Of a stretch of DNA of 64,000 nucleotides, positions 1 through 9,999 are shown piece by piece; the first letter of the stretch is position 1, and each line of letters starts with the position of its first letter. The DNA comes from Saprospiraceae bacterium. GTDB taxonomy: Bacteria; Bacteroidota; Bacteroidia; Chitinophagales; Saprospiraceae. The stretch is from contig JAWKLQ010000031.1 of NCBI GenBank assembly GCA_041392665.1, positions 18-64,017 on the forward strand, read 5' to 3'. The position numbers were made by a program, and so were the translations under genes. The notes under the pieces are model-generated. The model had not been told where the DNA came from. It searched no databases and was given only the letters and a program-made list of their open reading frames with translations.

Positions 1-101
1 AAAAAAAGGCTCATTACGATGGGGGCGGGGGGAAGACCCGTATGATCCGGATACCTACCGCTATTTCGTAAGTGCGCTGACGGAAATTCACTTTTAAATC
101 G

Positions 102-109
102 TAAGTTTG
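102..109 (+). promoter_or_regulatory. Bacteroidota sigma70 -7 box (TAAGTTTG) upstream of corA
   Basis: Exact match to TAnnTTTG about 165 bp before the corA ATG; no clear -33 TTTG seen. Confidence 0.55.
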
Positions 110-275
110 CGGCTGTTCAGGGAATTAGGAACAGGTCAGAAAAAACGGGCTGTTCATAAAACTGTGGTTCTCCGCAAAATCGGCTAAGTGCATCAGGTTC
201 ACTTTCCGACGATCGGATGCCTGTTTACCGGCAGGTAGATCGGTTTAGCGAACGCCGTCAAAAAAACCGGGGCCT

Positions 276-1223
276 ATGATTCGTTTCTATGCTAAAGAAG
301 ATGGAAGGATCAAGGAGATGGAAGATCCGAAGAAGGCTGATTGGATCAATATTTCACCGCCTTTCAGTCAGGAAGAGTTGGAGGAATTCGCTCAGAGGGT
401 GGATATACCGCTTGACTTCCTTACTGACTCACTGGACATTGACGAACGTTCCCGCTACGAACGGGAAGACGATCTGCGTCTGATCGTCGTCAACACTCCG
501 CTGCTTAATGCTCCCGAAGAGGAGAAAGATACCATTTACATCACTGTTCCGATCGGTATTATTATTACTCCGGATCACGTGATCACGATCACGGCCTACG
601 AGAATCCGGTCCTCCAACTGTTCCTGGATAATAAAGTAAAGAACTTCAATCCGTCCGATGAATCGGCATTTGTATTACAAATACTGGAACAGAACGTTTA
701 TCGCTTCCTGATCTGCCTGAAAAAGCTCAACCTACAGCGTAATCTGATCGAACAGGAACTGTATGATTCCAGTCGCAACCGGGAACTGAAGCAGTTGCTG
801 AGTATTGAAAAAAGTCTGGTTTATTTCATGAATTCATTGAATGCCAATGAGTTGTTGAAAATGAAGATGAAACGAACAGACTTTCTGCAGATCCGTGATA
901 ATGAAGATAAGTCGGATCTGTTCGAGGATATTATCATTGACAATTCACAGGCTTTGGAAATGGCCAATGTATACACTAACATCCTCAACGGTACCATGGA
1001 TGCCTATGGTTCCATCATTTCCAATAACCTGAACCTGACTATCCGAAGGCTCACCACCATTACCATCATCCTCATGGTACCTACCCTGATCGCCAGTTTT
1101 TACGGAATGAACGTCCCGCTTCCTTTCGAAAAAGAACTTTGGACGCCCTGGCTGATCATTGTTGTTTCCATTGTCATCAGTTTATTACTGGCCTGGTATT
1201 TCCAGCGTAAGCGCTTATTTTAA
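276..1223 (+). CDS. corA: CorA-family Mg2+/Co2+ transporter
   Basis: 315 aa; soluble N-domain, two C-terminal TM helices and the signature YGMN motif (ASFYGMNV). Confidence 0.95.
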   Translation: MIRFYAKEDGRIKEMEDPKKADWINISPPFSQEELEEFAQRVDIPLDFLTDSLDIDERSRYEREDDLRLIVVNTPLLNAPEEEKDTIYITVPIGIIITPDHVITITAYENPVLQLFLDNKVKNFNPSDESAFVLQILEQNVYRFLICLKKLNLQRNLIEQELYDSSRNRELKQLLSIEKSLVYFMNSLNANELLKMKMKRTDFLQIRDNEDKSDLFEDIIIDNSQALEMANVYTNILNGTMDAYGSIISNNLNLTIRRLTTITIILMVPTLIASFYGMNVPLPFEKELWTPWLIIVVSIVISLLLAWYFQRKRLF

Positions 1224-1339
1224 ACCAGGTAAAGAGGCCTTGGTTTATGGTTTTAGTCGGAGCAGGCAGGACCAATTATTTGGCTTGTTGTTCTATTCGT
1301 GCATTTTATTACGGGCAGTCTAACGACCGTAATAGACTT

Positions 1340-1620
1340 GGTGATGTACAGGGATGGAAAAGTTATCAACAATGTGGAAAACTTAATTAACATGGAATTA
1401 ATTATGATAATCAGTGTTTTGTGTTAGTTATCAACAGTATGTTGATAACTAAATGTTTGTAAAGTGTAAAAAAAACTTAATTTCGGATTACCAATTAAAC
1501 ATACTATTCATTCTTGCCAAAAAATATTGATCGAAGGGATTATCTCCTTTTTGATCCATGAACTATATGTGGATAATGCTTCCAATAGTCCGGAAGTATT
1601 TCTAATTTTTCAGATGGCCA
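1340..1620. other. Candidate chromosomal replication origin (oriC)
   Basis: AT-rich non-coding DNA with TTATCAACA (1363-1371), TGTGGAAAA (1373-1381), TTATCAACA (1428-1436), TGTTGATAA (1440-1448) and a perfect TGTGGATAA (1568-1576). Bases 1426-1450 form a palindrome with 11-bp arms; ~1450-1530 is very AT-rich. Confidence 0.6.
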
Positions 1621-1624
1621 ATTT

Positions 1625-1650
1625 GACCGGGCTTCGGCCCGGTCTTTTTT
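1625..1650 (+). terminator. Intrinsic terminator
   Basis: GACCGGGC-TTCG-GCCCGGTC followed by TTTTTT. Confidence 0.75.
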
Positions 1651-1784
1651 CGAGCGGGGTAAGAAAACAGTGCCGATAAAAAATTCCTTGTTGCCTGATA
1701 CCCTCAAAGAGACACGATTTACAAGAGGGAACAAGATGTAAACAGCAAATTATTTGAGCTAACTTACTGATACTATTAGACCAC

Positions 1785-1830
1785 AAAATGGCGGGCTCAA
1801 CATCGGTTGCCTGCCATTTTTTTGTTTTTT
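1785..1830 (+). terminator. Intrinsic terminator, possibly bidirectional
   Basis: AAAATGGCGGGC..AAC-ATCG-GTTGCCTGCCATTTT followed by a T-rich tail. Confidence 0.65.
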
Positions 1831-2157
1831 ATTGGGCAAATACAAATTTTCTTACCAATTTTACGTTCAGTGAATGAACAAGAGATCCATCATACCTATT
1901 TCTAAAGTTTAGTTTTACTAACTTTAGAAACTTCTCACATTACATCCAGGCCGCTGTAACCCTTTACATTGGTTTTCTATTCCCCCCGGAATAACAGGAT
2001 AGAAATCATTGCCGTAAAAGATGATTGGACATGAGTCATCCCGGATTTTCATTCTTGGAAAAATGAAGTAAGACCGGATGAATCTTGCAAGCTGTTAATC
2101 AGTTTGTGCGAGTCTCGCTATTGAAGAATTTCAGTGTTTGGTAATAAATCGCGTATT

Positions 2158-3798
2158 ATGAGAAGGAGTATCTACGTAGCCATTCTTTTTTTGCTTGCGG
2201 CTAAGTATCTACCGGCTCAACCACGATTCGAATTGGGATTTTCGGTTGGAGGAAGCAATTATCTGGGTGATCTGGTAGAAACCGGGTTACCGGAATTCAG
2301 TGAAACTAAGGCTATGTTCGGCCTTTGGACGAACTATAGATTGGCCAAACGCGGTGGGATGCGACTTGGTTTCGCCTACGCCGGTTTAAGTGGGGATGAT
2401 GCTAATTTTTCCGATCCTGCCTTTCTGGAAAACAGGAACTTCCGATTCACTACCGATCTGATCGAATTATCAATGATAGGAACCTGGGAACCGTTTGCCG
2501 TCCGGCGATATCCTGGTGAAATAGAATTTAAGAAGATCTTTTCTCCTTACGTTTTTGGAGGAATTGCACTGGTGCGGGCGATGGCCAAACCTGATTTTTC
2601 CGATACACCTACCGATCGTTTTCGGGAACGCATCCAGATCGATAAAAGGGACCTGCCCAATAGCCCGGTCATTTCCTTTCCCATTGGGGTGGGATTTAAG
2701 CAGGATCTTAGCAAAAGAACGGTATTCTCCCTCGAACTGGGTTTTAGAAAGTCTGCATCGGATTATATCGACGGTATCAGCCATGCCGGTAATCCGGCGG
2801 GAGGAGACTGGTACGTGTTTGGATTGACGTCCCTGTCTTTCCGTTTGGGCGAAAAAGATACTGATGACGACGGCATTCCGGATAAAGAGGATAATTGTCC
2901 ACAGGAACCAGGCAATTTGTCGGCCCACGGTTGCCCTGACCAGGACGGTGACGGCATCGAGGACCTGGAAGACATCTGCCCGGAACTAGCGGGGGTATAC
3001 GAGCTGAGCGGCTGCCCGGATACGGACGGCGACAAAGTTGCCGACCGGTTTGATCTTTGCCCCGATATTCCGGGCACAGAGGCCACTCAGGGCTGCCCTG
3101 ATCTGGATGGTGATGGTTTTCGGGATGGACTGGACGAATGCCCGGGGCAGGCAGGTACAAAGCTACTGCTGGGGTGTCCGGACTGCGATGGCGACGGTAT
3201 TCCCAATGATAAAGATTATTGCCCGACGGTACCCGGTAAATTCGAATTTGACGGTTGCCCCTTTGCCGACCGGGATCACGACGGTGTGCCCGATGAGGTA
3301 GATCGTTGTCCGGATATACCCGGGCTTGCCGAATTGGACGGCTGCTTCGATACGGATGAGGATGGTATTGCCGACATTGACGATAAATGTCCACAACTGG
3401 CCGGTGTACGTTCCAACTCAGGCTGTCCGCCGCTTCCGGAAAAAGCCAAGACGCTGCTGGAATTTGCAACTCGTAATGTTAAGTTTGAAACGGGAAGTGC
3501 CAAGCTGAAATCTGAATCACTCAAGACCCTGGATGAGATAGCAGAGATCATGCAGGAATTTGACTACTACGATCTCTCCATATCCGGGCATACAGACAGT
3601 CGTGGCAAAGATGAGCTTAATCTGAAGCTGTCGAAAGAACGGGCCAGTGCCTGCTTCGACTATCTGGTGGAAAAGGGCGTTGATCCCGGACGAATGATCC
3701 ATGAAGGATACGGTGAGACGCAACCGATCGGAGATAATCGCACTGCCGCAGGGCGTCAGTTGAACAGACGGGTAGCTTTTGATCTTTTTCTTAAATAG
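2158..3798 (+). CDS. OmpA-family outer-membrane protein: N-terminal beta-barrel (DUF6089/PorT-like), thrombospondin type-3 Ca-binding repeats, OmpA_C peptidoglycan-binding domain
   Basis: Signal peptide after the ATG at 2158 (ORF track starts at GTG 2134); seven ~27-aa DxDxDGxxDxxDxCP repeats; C-terminal SGHTD...NLKLSKERA...NRRV motif. Confidence 0.9.
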   Translation: MRRSIYVAILFLLAAKYLPAQPRFELGFSVGGSNYLGDLVETGLPEFSETKAMFGLWTNYRLAKRGGMRLGFAYAGLSGDDANFSDPAFLENRNFRFTTDLIELSMIGTWEPFAVRRYPGEIEFKKIFSPYVFGGIALVRAMAKPDFSDTPTDRFRERIQIDKRDLPNSPVISFPIGVGFKQDLSKRTVFSLELGFRKSASDYIDGISHAGNPAGGDWYVFGLTSLSFRLGEKDTDDDGIPDKEDNCPQEPGNLSAHGCPDQDGDGIEDLEDICPELAGVYELSGCPDTDGDKVADRFDLCPDIPGTEATQGCPDLDGDGFRDGLDECPGQAGTKLLLGCPDCDGDGIPNDKDYCPTVPGKFEFDGCPFADRDHDGVPDEVDRCPDIPGLAELDGCFDTDEDGIADIDDKCPQLAGVRSNSGCPPLPEKAKTLLEFATRNVKFETGSAKLKSESLKTLDEIAEIMQEFDYYDLSISGHTDSRGKDELNLKLSKERASACFDYLVEKGVDPGRMIHEGYGETQPIGDNRTAAGRQLNRRVAFDLFLK

Positions 3799-3848
3799 AG
3801 GATGAGTCAGTAAGCAAGTAAATAGGTGAGCCACTCACTCCTATCATT

Positions 3849-5441
3849 CTAAATTTTTTGTACAAATTCGTAAATATCATCCTGAGCTTCTATCGGTAGT
3901 TTTTTCCGAAGGCGATAGCGAGCCATTTCAACTGATTTCGGAGAGATATTTCGGATAGAAGCAATGTCTTTAGTGCTAAGATTAAGCCGTATCAGCGCAG
4001 ATAATTGCTTTTCGGAAGGAGTAAGATCAGGCGCTACCTGTGATAATTTTTCGAAAAAATCGGCATTGACCTGCTCAATATTGATCTGTAGCTCTTCCAG
4101 ATCTTCGTTAATCCGTAGTTGTTGCGCATTGAACTGGATCAACTGCCGGATCTGCTTCTTCTTTTCGGGTGGTAGTTCTCCCTTCTGCAGACGGCTCAGG
4201 GCTTCATTGGTCTGGGTAAAAACCTCGTTTTTGCGAGCAATCTCCAGGGCCAGATTAGTCAGGTCTTTTTGTTTGCCTTCGAGTTCACGCCGCATTTTGT
4301 TCGGATTCAAGCCTTTCGTTGCGTAGCTCGCTCTGCAATTTCTCCAGTATCCGGTTGCGGATAAAGAACGCGGAATAATGATGAGCTGAGACCAGCAATG
4401 AAATGATGAAATAGTTGCTGAGATATTCTAACCGTTTTTTCATTTTCCAGGAGAGGTATCCGTTTCTACTGCCGGTCAGCCGCCTCGTGCTGGGCCTTTT
4501 CGGTTTCGTAAGCTACGAACAGATTTTCCAACTGAGCTTTGTTCTCTTCTTTTTGCAGGGAATCGCTGAGCGATTGGTAAATCTCAGATAATACAAGGCA
4601 GAATCCGGCATGCCCATTTTTTGAAAGTTTCGGAAAGGTCTTTCAATCCAAAACTCTCCCGCTGCCGGAAACCATTGGATTCCGCCATTTAAAATCCCGA
4701 TCTTATTTCCAGCAGTACTTGTTCGAAATTACCGAGCCCCCTCCAGGATTGCCCGATGTTGAGATGAGCAATAGCCGTGCCAGTCGTCTCATCCTGTTGC
4801 TTTTATGGCCAGACTTTGATAAAAGGTGTTGAGTGCATCTTCATGTTGTCCCTGCGAGGAGATAGATATCTCCGATATTACTTGAGGACGGCAGATAAAT
4901 CTATGTGACAGTTCAAAAAGTAGATCATAAGCTTGTTGATAATACCTCAGGCCTGCGGAAATTGTTCTCTTCCCTTTCCGTTTAAAGCATTTTTGGCCAT
5001 AGGCCATAGCGAAGACTGTCCAGAGATTAGCAAGGTCCTGATCACTTTTTCGTACTGTCGCGGAAGGCGGAACTCATTTAGATCCTGATCAGCATTATTA
5101 GAATGGTGCCAGCCACGATAACGCATTTATGCAATGAGAAGGTCGCCCATTGAACAGGCAATGCAGTTTGGCAGCCTGTTGGCTGTATAGAGCACGTGGA
5201 AATCGCCGGCATTCTGATGGGGCCAGTCCTTTGCGATAATAGATATCATATACAACTTAAGAGAATAGACCGTGGTGTCCATCAACTGAAGCAGGCAGTC
5301 TGCGATCTGGGTGACCTCACTTGGTTTTGAAGAAGTAGTGTCCAGAGCCTGCCAAAGGCTATCCACCTGTTTCAGATTCGCTATAACCGATCTGAAGATG
5401 GAGCGGAATACTGATGGTAAGAATCCGCATTGATCATCCAT
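3849..5441 (-). pseudogene. Degraded TPR / TM / LuxR-type HTH regulator; only the C-terminal HTH fragment (3849-4310) is intact
   Basis: HTH tail LTPSEKQLSALIRLNLSTKDIASIRNISPKSVEMARYRLRKKL. Upstream minus-strand fragments in different frames read YQSLSDSLQKEENKAQLENLFVAYETEKAQ* (~4575-4465), TAIAHLNIGQSWRGLGNFEQ and EDALNTFYQSLAIK, separated by several stops and frameshifts. Confidence 0.8.
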
Positions 5442-5704
5442 CTGGCAAACACACCCACTGGTGGTTTAAAGGAGAGTAATGTGGTAATTATCGTATTGGC
5501 GAGTTTAAGGTAGTGGTTTTTAGGGAGGATGTGCAACAAAGAGATTATGATAGATAGAATAATACGAACCGCATAATTTGGAATAAATGCATTTTGACTG
5601 GGTATTCAGATGGAGCATTTTTTCGGTATAATTATTATCTTGTCGATACTTTGCAATTTTTAATAAATTTATTTTATCCTACGCTTAATCTGAAACGCTG
5701 TCCT

Positions 5705-7660
5705 ATGAAAAAAGTTATAAAAAACGGTGCTCTTCCTCTTTTTGTATTACTATTAATTACGGGCTTTATATTATTCGTTGGTAATTACCTGCAGGCGCAA
5801 GTTGTCGATGAGTATTTACAGGCAGATTTTAAATTTATCGACGGTTCGCTGAATGATGACAGTCCCAATATGATCGATGGGACCGGCTATAATCTGAGCT
5901 CTGCGGTCGGCTGGGACGGTGTTACTAATTCGGCATATACCTTTAACGGATCCTCCAGTTATATCGATTGTACGGCAGACAGCCGGAATATTACGGATCA
6001 GATCACCATTAGCGCGTGGATCAGGGCCAATACGGCCCGGCGGCAGATTATGGTTTCCAAGTATGAAATGGATGCTGATGCCGGGGTGTCGCTGGGAATG
6101 TTGGATGATGGATCAGTAAGCCTGGAAGGCCGGGATGGATCCAATACTTTTCACGTGATCAATTCGGGGGGGTATCCCATCACTGATAATAAATGGCATC
6201 ACATCGTCGGTGTGATTGATCAAAATCAATGGAAATTGTACGTTGATTGTTATTTGCTGGCGGAATTAAATACAGAGACTGTTTCCCCGCAATTTATCAA
6301 TTCCCGGCCCTTAACCATCGGTAAATTGTCAGAACCCAACAACCTGGGACAGAGTCGCTTTTTTCAGGGGCAGATCGATGATGTAAAGATCTACAACTAT
6401 CCTTTGTCGGAAGATCAATTAGGCGAAGTGTCTCCACCAAACTGTACCGGTATCCCGGACCTGCTTACCGGCTTAGTGGCCTACTATCCTTTAGATGGAG
6501 ATGCCACGGATCTTAGTGGTAATGACTTGCATGGTAGTCTGAATGGTACAAGCCCGGTTGCAAATCGTTTTGATGTGGGCAATTCGGCTCTGCAATTTAA
6601 CGGAATAGATGATTACATAGTCGTGAATGATAATCCCTTGTTAAATTTTGGTACCGGCCCCTTTGCCGTTTGTTTATGGGTGAAGGCCCTTGATCCGGAA
6701 GGTGGCCCGCAGATGTTGGTACATAAAGGGATCTCCGGACAGGGAGGGCAATACTGGTTAAGGGAAAACGAATACGATGAGATAACACGTCTGGGTGCAT
6801 TGATCACAGAAGGTGACCCTCCCGGATCTTTTCTCTCCGTCACAGATCCCATTTTTGACGATCAGGAATGGCATCATCTGGTTTTCCAGCGAACGTATTT
6901 TGCTTTAGAGATCTGGGTCGATGGTGAAATGAAAATTCAGCTTCCGGATATGCAGTATCGCAACGTGGATAATACCGGTAATTTTATGATCGGGGCGCAA
7001 AACGCCTGGTCGGAAGGGGGAAATTATCCGTATGTCCACAATTATTTTAACGGACTGATCGATGAGGTTCGTTTGTACAACCGTCCTCTATTGCCGGAAG
7101 ATATTGTGGCAGTGGCAAATACCTATTGTCCGGCGGAACTGGTTATTAGCGCCGATCCGGAATTTGATCTATATCAGGCTGAAAATATCTTGTCGACTTC
7201 CGGTACCATCACCGTTAATGGTTCCACCATTTTTAAGGCAGGAAGCTTGGTCCAGCTAAATCCCGGTTTCCATGCGGTAGCCGGCTCGGAGTTTTTGGCC
7301 AAAATAGAAGATTGTATTCCCGCCGAACCGGCATCAACCCCTGTGATCCCGGAACCGGGATCTGCCTTTGCCACCAACCTTCGGAATGCGGAATCTTCCA
7401 TTTCGATGCAGGTAGCTCCTAATCCGGTGCGATCTAATATTCGGATATTATTACAGCTGGATGAACCGACTCACGCTAACCTGCAAGTACTGGATATGAC
7501 CGGACGCATAGTACAGGAGCTGTTGCATGGCAGGGAACTCGATAAGGGGAGCCAGACGCTGAATGCTGATCTCAGCCACTTACCGGCAGGGATGTACCTG
7601 CTGAGTTTGCGTACGGAGGAGGCAGCCGTAACCAAAAAAATAATTAAAAATCAGGAGTAA
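5705..7660 (+). CDS. T9SS-secreted protein with two LamG/concanavalin-A-like domains, a small beta-stack domain and a T9SS C-terminal sorting domain
   Basis: Signal peptide from MKKVIK (5705); two WHH(I/L)V...G.IDD/EV.(I/L)YN repeats; KAGSLVQLNPGFHA motif; CTD VAPNPV...LPAGMYLL...KKIIK. Confidence 0.88.
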   Translation: MKKVIKNGALPLFVLLLITGFILFVGNYLQAQVVDEYLQADFKFIDGSLNDDSPNMIDGTGYNLSSAVGWDGVTNSAYTFNGSSSYIDCTADSRNITDQITISAWIRANTARRQIMVSKYEMDADAGVSLGMLDDGSVSLEGRDGSNTFHVINSGGYPITDNKWHHIVGVIDQNQWKLYVDCYLLAELNTETVSPQFINSRPLTIGKLSEPNNLGQSRFFQGQIDDVKIYNYPLSEDQLGEVSPPNCTGIPDLLTGLVAYYPLDGDATDLSGNDLHGSLNGTSPVANRFDVGNSALQFNGIDDYIVVNDNPLLNFGTGPFAVCLWVKALDPEGGPQMLVHKGISGQGGQYWLRENEYDEITRLGALITEGDPPGSFLSVTDPIFDDQEWHHLVFQRTYFALEIWVDGEMKIQLPDMQYRNVDNTGNFMIGAQNAWSEGGNYPYVHNYFNGLIDEVRLYNRPLLPEDIVAVANTYCPAELVISADPEFDLYQAENILSTSGTITVNGSTIFKAGSLVQLNPGFHAVAGSEFLAKIEDCIPAEPASTPVIPEPGSAFATNLRNAESSISMQVAPNPVRSNIRILLQLDEPTHANLQVLDMTGRIVQELLHGRELDKGSQTLNADLSHLPAGMYLLSLRTEEAAVTKKIIKNQE

Positions 7661-7711
7661 AGTTGTTTTCTATAAGGAGAAAGGTAAATTTTGGGCCTTA
7701 CTCCTGAACCT

Positions 7712-8263
7712 ATGGGAAATCAACAACTCAGAAAACATTTAAAACGCGGCATTTTTACCCGTCTGCGCTACTGGCGTTATAAACAACAGCTCGGCGATTG
7801 TGGGCCCGGGGTCTATTTCGAACCGCAGGTACATTTAATGCGCTACCCGAAAAATATCCATTTGGGAGCTCATCTGGTGCTGAAGTCCGGAGCCCGTATC
7901 TGCGCCTGCAACGAGCGTGCCCGTATCTCGATCGGCGATAATACGACCGTCGGTTATCATACCTATCTTTTTGCTTCGGATTCGATCACGATCGGCGCCA
8001 ATTGCCTGATCGCTCCTTTTGTGTATCTTGTCGATAGTGATCACAGCATTGCCCGCGACGAGCTCATCAACCGGCAGCCTAATCAGACATCACCTATTGT
8101 GATCGGTAATGACGTCTGGATCGGTACCGGAGCCAAGATCCTGAAGGGGGTAACCATCGGAGATGGGGCCGTAGTAGCCGCCGGCGCCCTGGTAAAGGAT
8201 GATGTAGCGCCGTATACGATAGTCGGTGGTATCCCTGCCAAAAAAATCAGTGAAAGGACATGA
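7712..8263 (+). CDS. Hexapeptide (left-handed beta-helix) O-acetyltransferase
   Basis: PIVIGNDVWIGTGAKILKGVTIGDGAVVAAGALVKDDV...VGGIPAK. ORF track starts at TTG 7691; ATG 7712 preferred. Confidence 0.9.
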   Translation: MGNQQLRKHLKRGIFTRLRYWRYKQQLGDCGPGVYFEPQVHLMRYPKNIHLGAHLVLKSGARICACNERARISIGDNTTVGYHTYLFASDSITIGANCLIAPFVYLVDSDHSIARDELINRQPNQTSPIVIGNDVWIGTGAKILKGVTIGDGAVVAAGALVKDDVAPYTIVGGIPAKKISERT

Positions 8264-8946
8264 AGATCGGAATTGCCGTACTCTGCCGGTACAGCTCAAG
8301 CCGCCTGCCCGGCAAGGTATTAAAGATCATAGCGGGGAAGCCCTTGCTGCAACATATTGTCGATCGGCTGGGGCAACTGGAACCGGAGCGGCCGGTAGTG
8401 GTGGCTACTTCTGAAGAAAGCAGCGATGATCCGATCGCGGAATATTGCAGACAACACCAAATTGAGTATTTTCGCGGCAGTTTGGCTAACGTAGCCGATC
8501 GCTTTTTTCAGGTAGCCCTGAAATATGACTGGGATTATATCGTTCGCATCAATGGCGATAACCTTTTCATCGACCTGGAGGCCATGCAATATTTACTGGA
8601 GCAGGCCGAAAAGGGCCATTATGATTTTCTTTCTACCGTCAAAGGGCGGACTTTTCCCTATGGAATGAGCATCGAGATCGCCCGGACGGATTTTTATGGG
8701 GAGGTGATCCGGCAAATAGCGGAAGAAAAATACAAAGAACACGTCACCTTATATCTATACGACCATCCGGAAGAAGGGGAACGGCATTATCTGTACAATA
8801 CCCGGTTTCCCGGATTGAGCGGCAGGCAAATGGCGATCGATACCCAGGAAGACTTTGCCCGGGCCACAAGGATCATGGACCGTTTGGCTCCTGTCGGATA
8901 TCAGTACACCTTGGGGGATCTGGCAAAAATCTACGATGAGTTATGA
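8260..8946 (+). CDS. SpsF-like cytidylyltransferase (CMP-nonulosonate/CMP-Kdo synthetase fold)
   Basis: CRYSSSRLPGKVL nucleotide-binding motif, VVATS, FRGS..NV..RF and RINGDNLF; ATGA overlap with the upstream gene. Confidence 0.88.
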   Translation: MKIGIAVLCRYSSSRLPGKVLKIIAGKPLLQHIVDRLGQLEPERPVVVATSEESSDDPIAEYCRQHQIEYFRGSLANVADRFFQVALKYDWDYIVRINGDNLFIDLEAMQYLLEQAEKGHYDFLSTVKGRTFPYGMSIEIARTDFYGEVIRQIAEEKYKEHVTLYLYDHPEEGERHYLYNTRFPGLSGRQMAIDTQEDFARATRIMDRLAPVGYQYTLGDLAKIYDEL

Positions 8947-9956
8947 AAAAAAATACCTGGGCCGGTAAGAACGGCCCATTGTTGATAGCGGAGATCGGAG
9001 GTAATCACGAAGGCGATTTTGACTATGCCCGGCGGCTTACTGAGCTGGCTATCGGAGCTAATGTAGATTTCATCAAATATCAGTTATACTCAGGCGATAC
9101 GCTGGTCAGCCGACTGGAGAGCCCGGTGCGCAATCAACACTTCAAAAAGTTCGAACTTTCCCGGGAAAAATATGTCGAGCTGGCGGAATTGTGCCGTAGC
9201 GCTGGTGTCGGCTTCATGGCTTCGGTCTGGGATATCGATTATATCGAATGGATCGATCCGTATCTGCCTATCTATAAAATCGGCTCGGGTGACCTGACGG
9301 CTTATCCCGTATTACGGGAGATTGCACGTTTGGGAAAACCCATTATTCTTTCTACCGGATTGGCCACTTTGCAGGAAGTTTTGGAAACGGTGGCCTATTT
9401 ACAGCATTTGGATGACCGTTACCTGAATCCCAATTTTCTGTCTATTCTGCAATGTACTTCCATGTATCCCATACCGGATGCGGATGCGCATCTTTCGGTG
9501 ATGCAGTCTTATAAAGCGGTGACCGGCCTTCCCGTTGGTTATTCCGATCATACGGAAGGGGGCGAAGCGCTGGCGCTGGCCGTGGCCATGGGGGCGGAGA
9601 TCCTGGAATTCCACTTCACGGATGCAAGAGAAGGAAAGACCTTTCGTGATCATAAAGTTTCCCTCACTCAGGCGGAAGTACTGGCTTTGATTGACCGGAT
9701 CAAAGCCATAAAGCTATTACAGGGAGATCCTTTAAAGCGCCCTTTGCCGGTGGAAGGCGACCACGTGATCACTTTCCGGCGGGCCGTATATCCGAAAGTG
9801 GACATTCACGCCGGTACCTGTATTGAGGCAAAACACCTGATCTGCCTGCGGCCTAATCATGGCATCGATGCCCGGAGTTATGATCAACTCATCGGTAAAA
9901 CTGCTTTAGTGGATCTGGCGGCACATCAAAAGCTGGAATGGGAATTTTTCCAGTAA
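8943..9956 (+). CDS. neuB: N-acetylneuraminate synthase family (NeuB/SpsE) with C-terminal SAF domain
   Basis: IAEIGGNHEGD, KIGSGD, ILSTG, QCTSMYP, GYSDHT, EFHFT and C-terminal LRPNHGI. Confidence 0.92.
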   Translation: MKKNTWAGKNGPLLIAEIGGNHEGDFDYARRLTELAIGANVDFIKYQLYSGDTLVSRLESPVRNQHFKKFELSREKYVELAELCRSAGVGFMASVWDIDYIEWIDPYLPIYKIGSGDLTAYPVLREIARLGKPIILSTGLATLQEVLETVAYLQHLDDRYLNPNFLSILQCTSMYPIPDADAHLSVMQSYKAVTGLPVGYSDHTEGGEALALAVAMGAEILEFHFTDAREGKTFRDHKVSLTQAEVLALIDRIKAIKLLQGDPLKRPLPVEGDHVITFRRAVYPKVDIHAGTCIEAKHLICLRPNHGIDARSYDQLIGKTALVDLAAHQKLEWEFFQ

Positions 9957-9999
9957 CTATGGACAACTGACAAAATAATCGATAAAATCAAACCAATAT

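Noticed and set aside
110-275. M-box (ykoK) riboswitch before corA
   Set aside because: The conserved M-box sequence blocks are not present; kept only as a low-interest unknown leader.
2857-3430. Tandem GACGG-rich DNA repeats inside the ompA-like gene
   Set aside because: They encode the TSP3 DxDxDG protein repeats and are not an independent DNA element.
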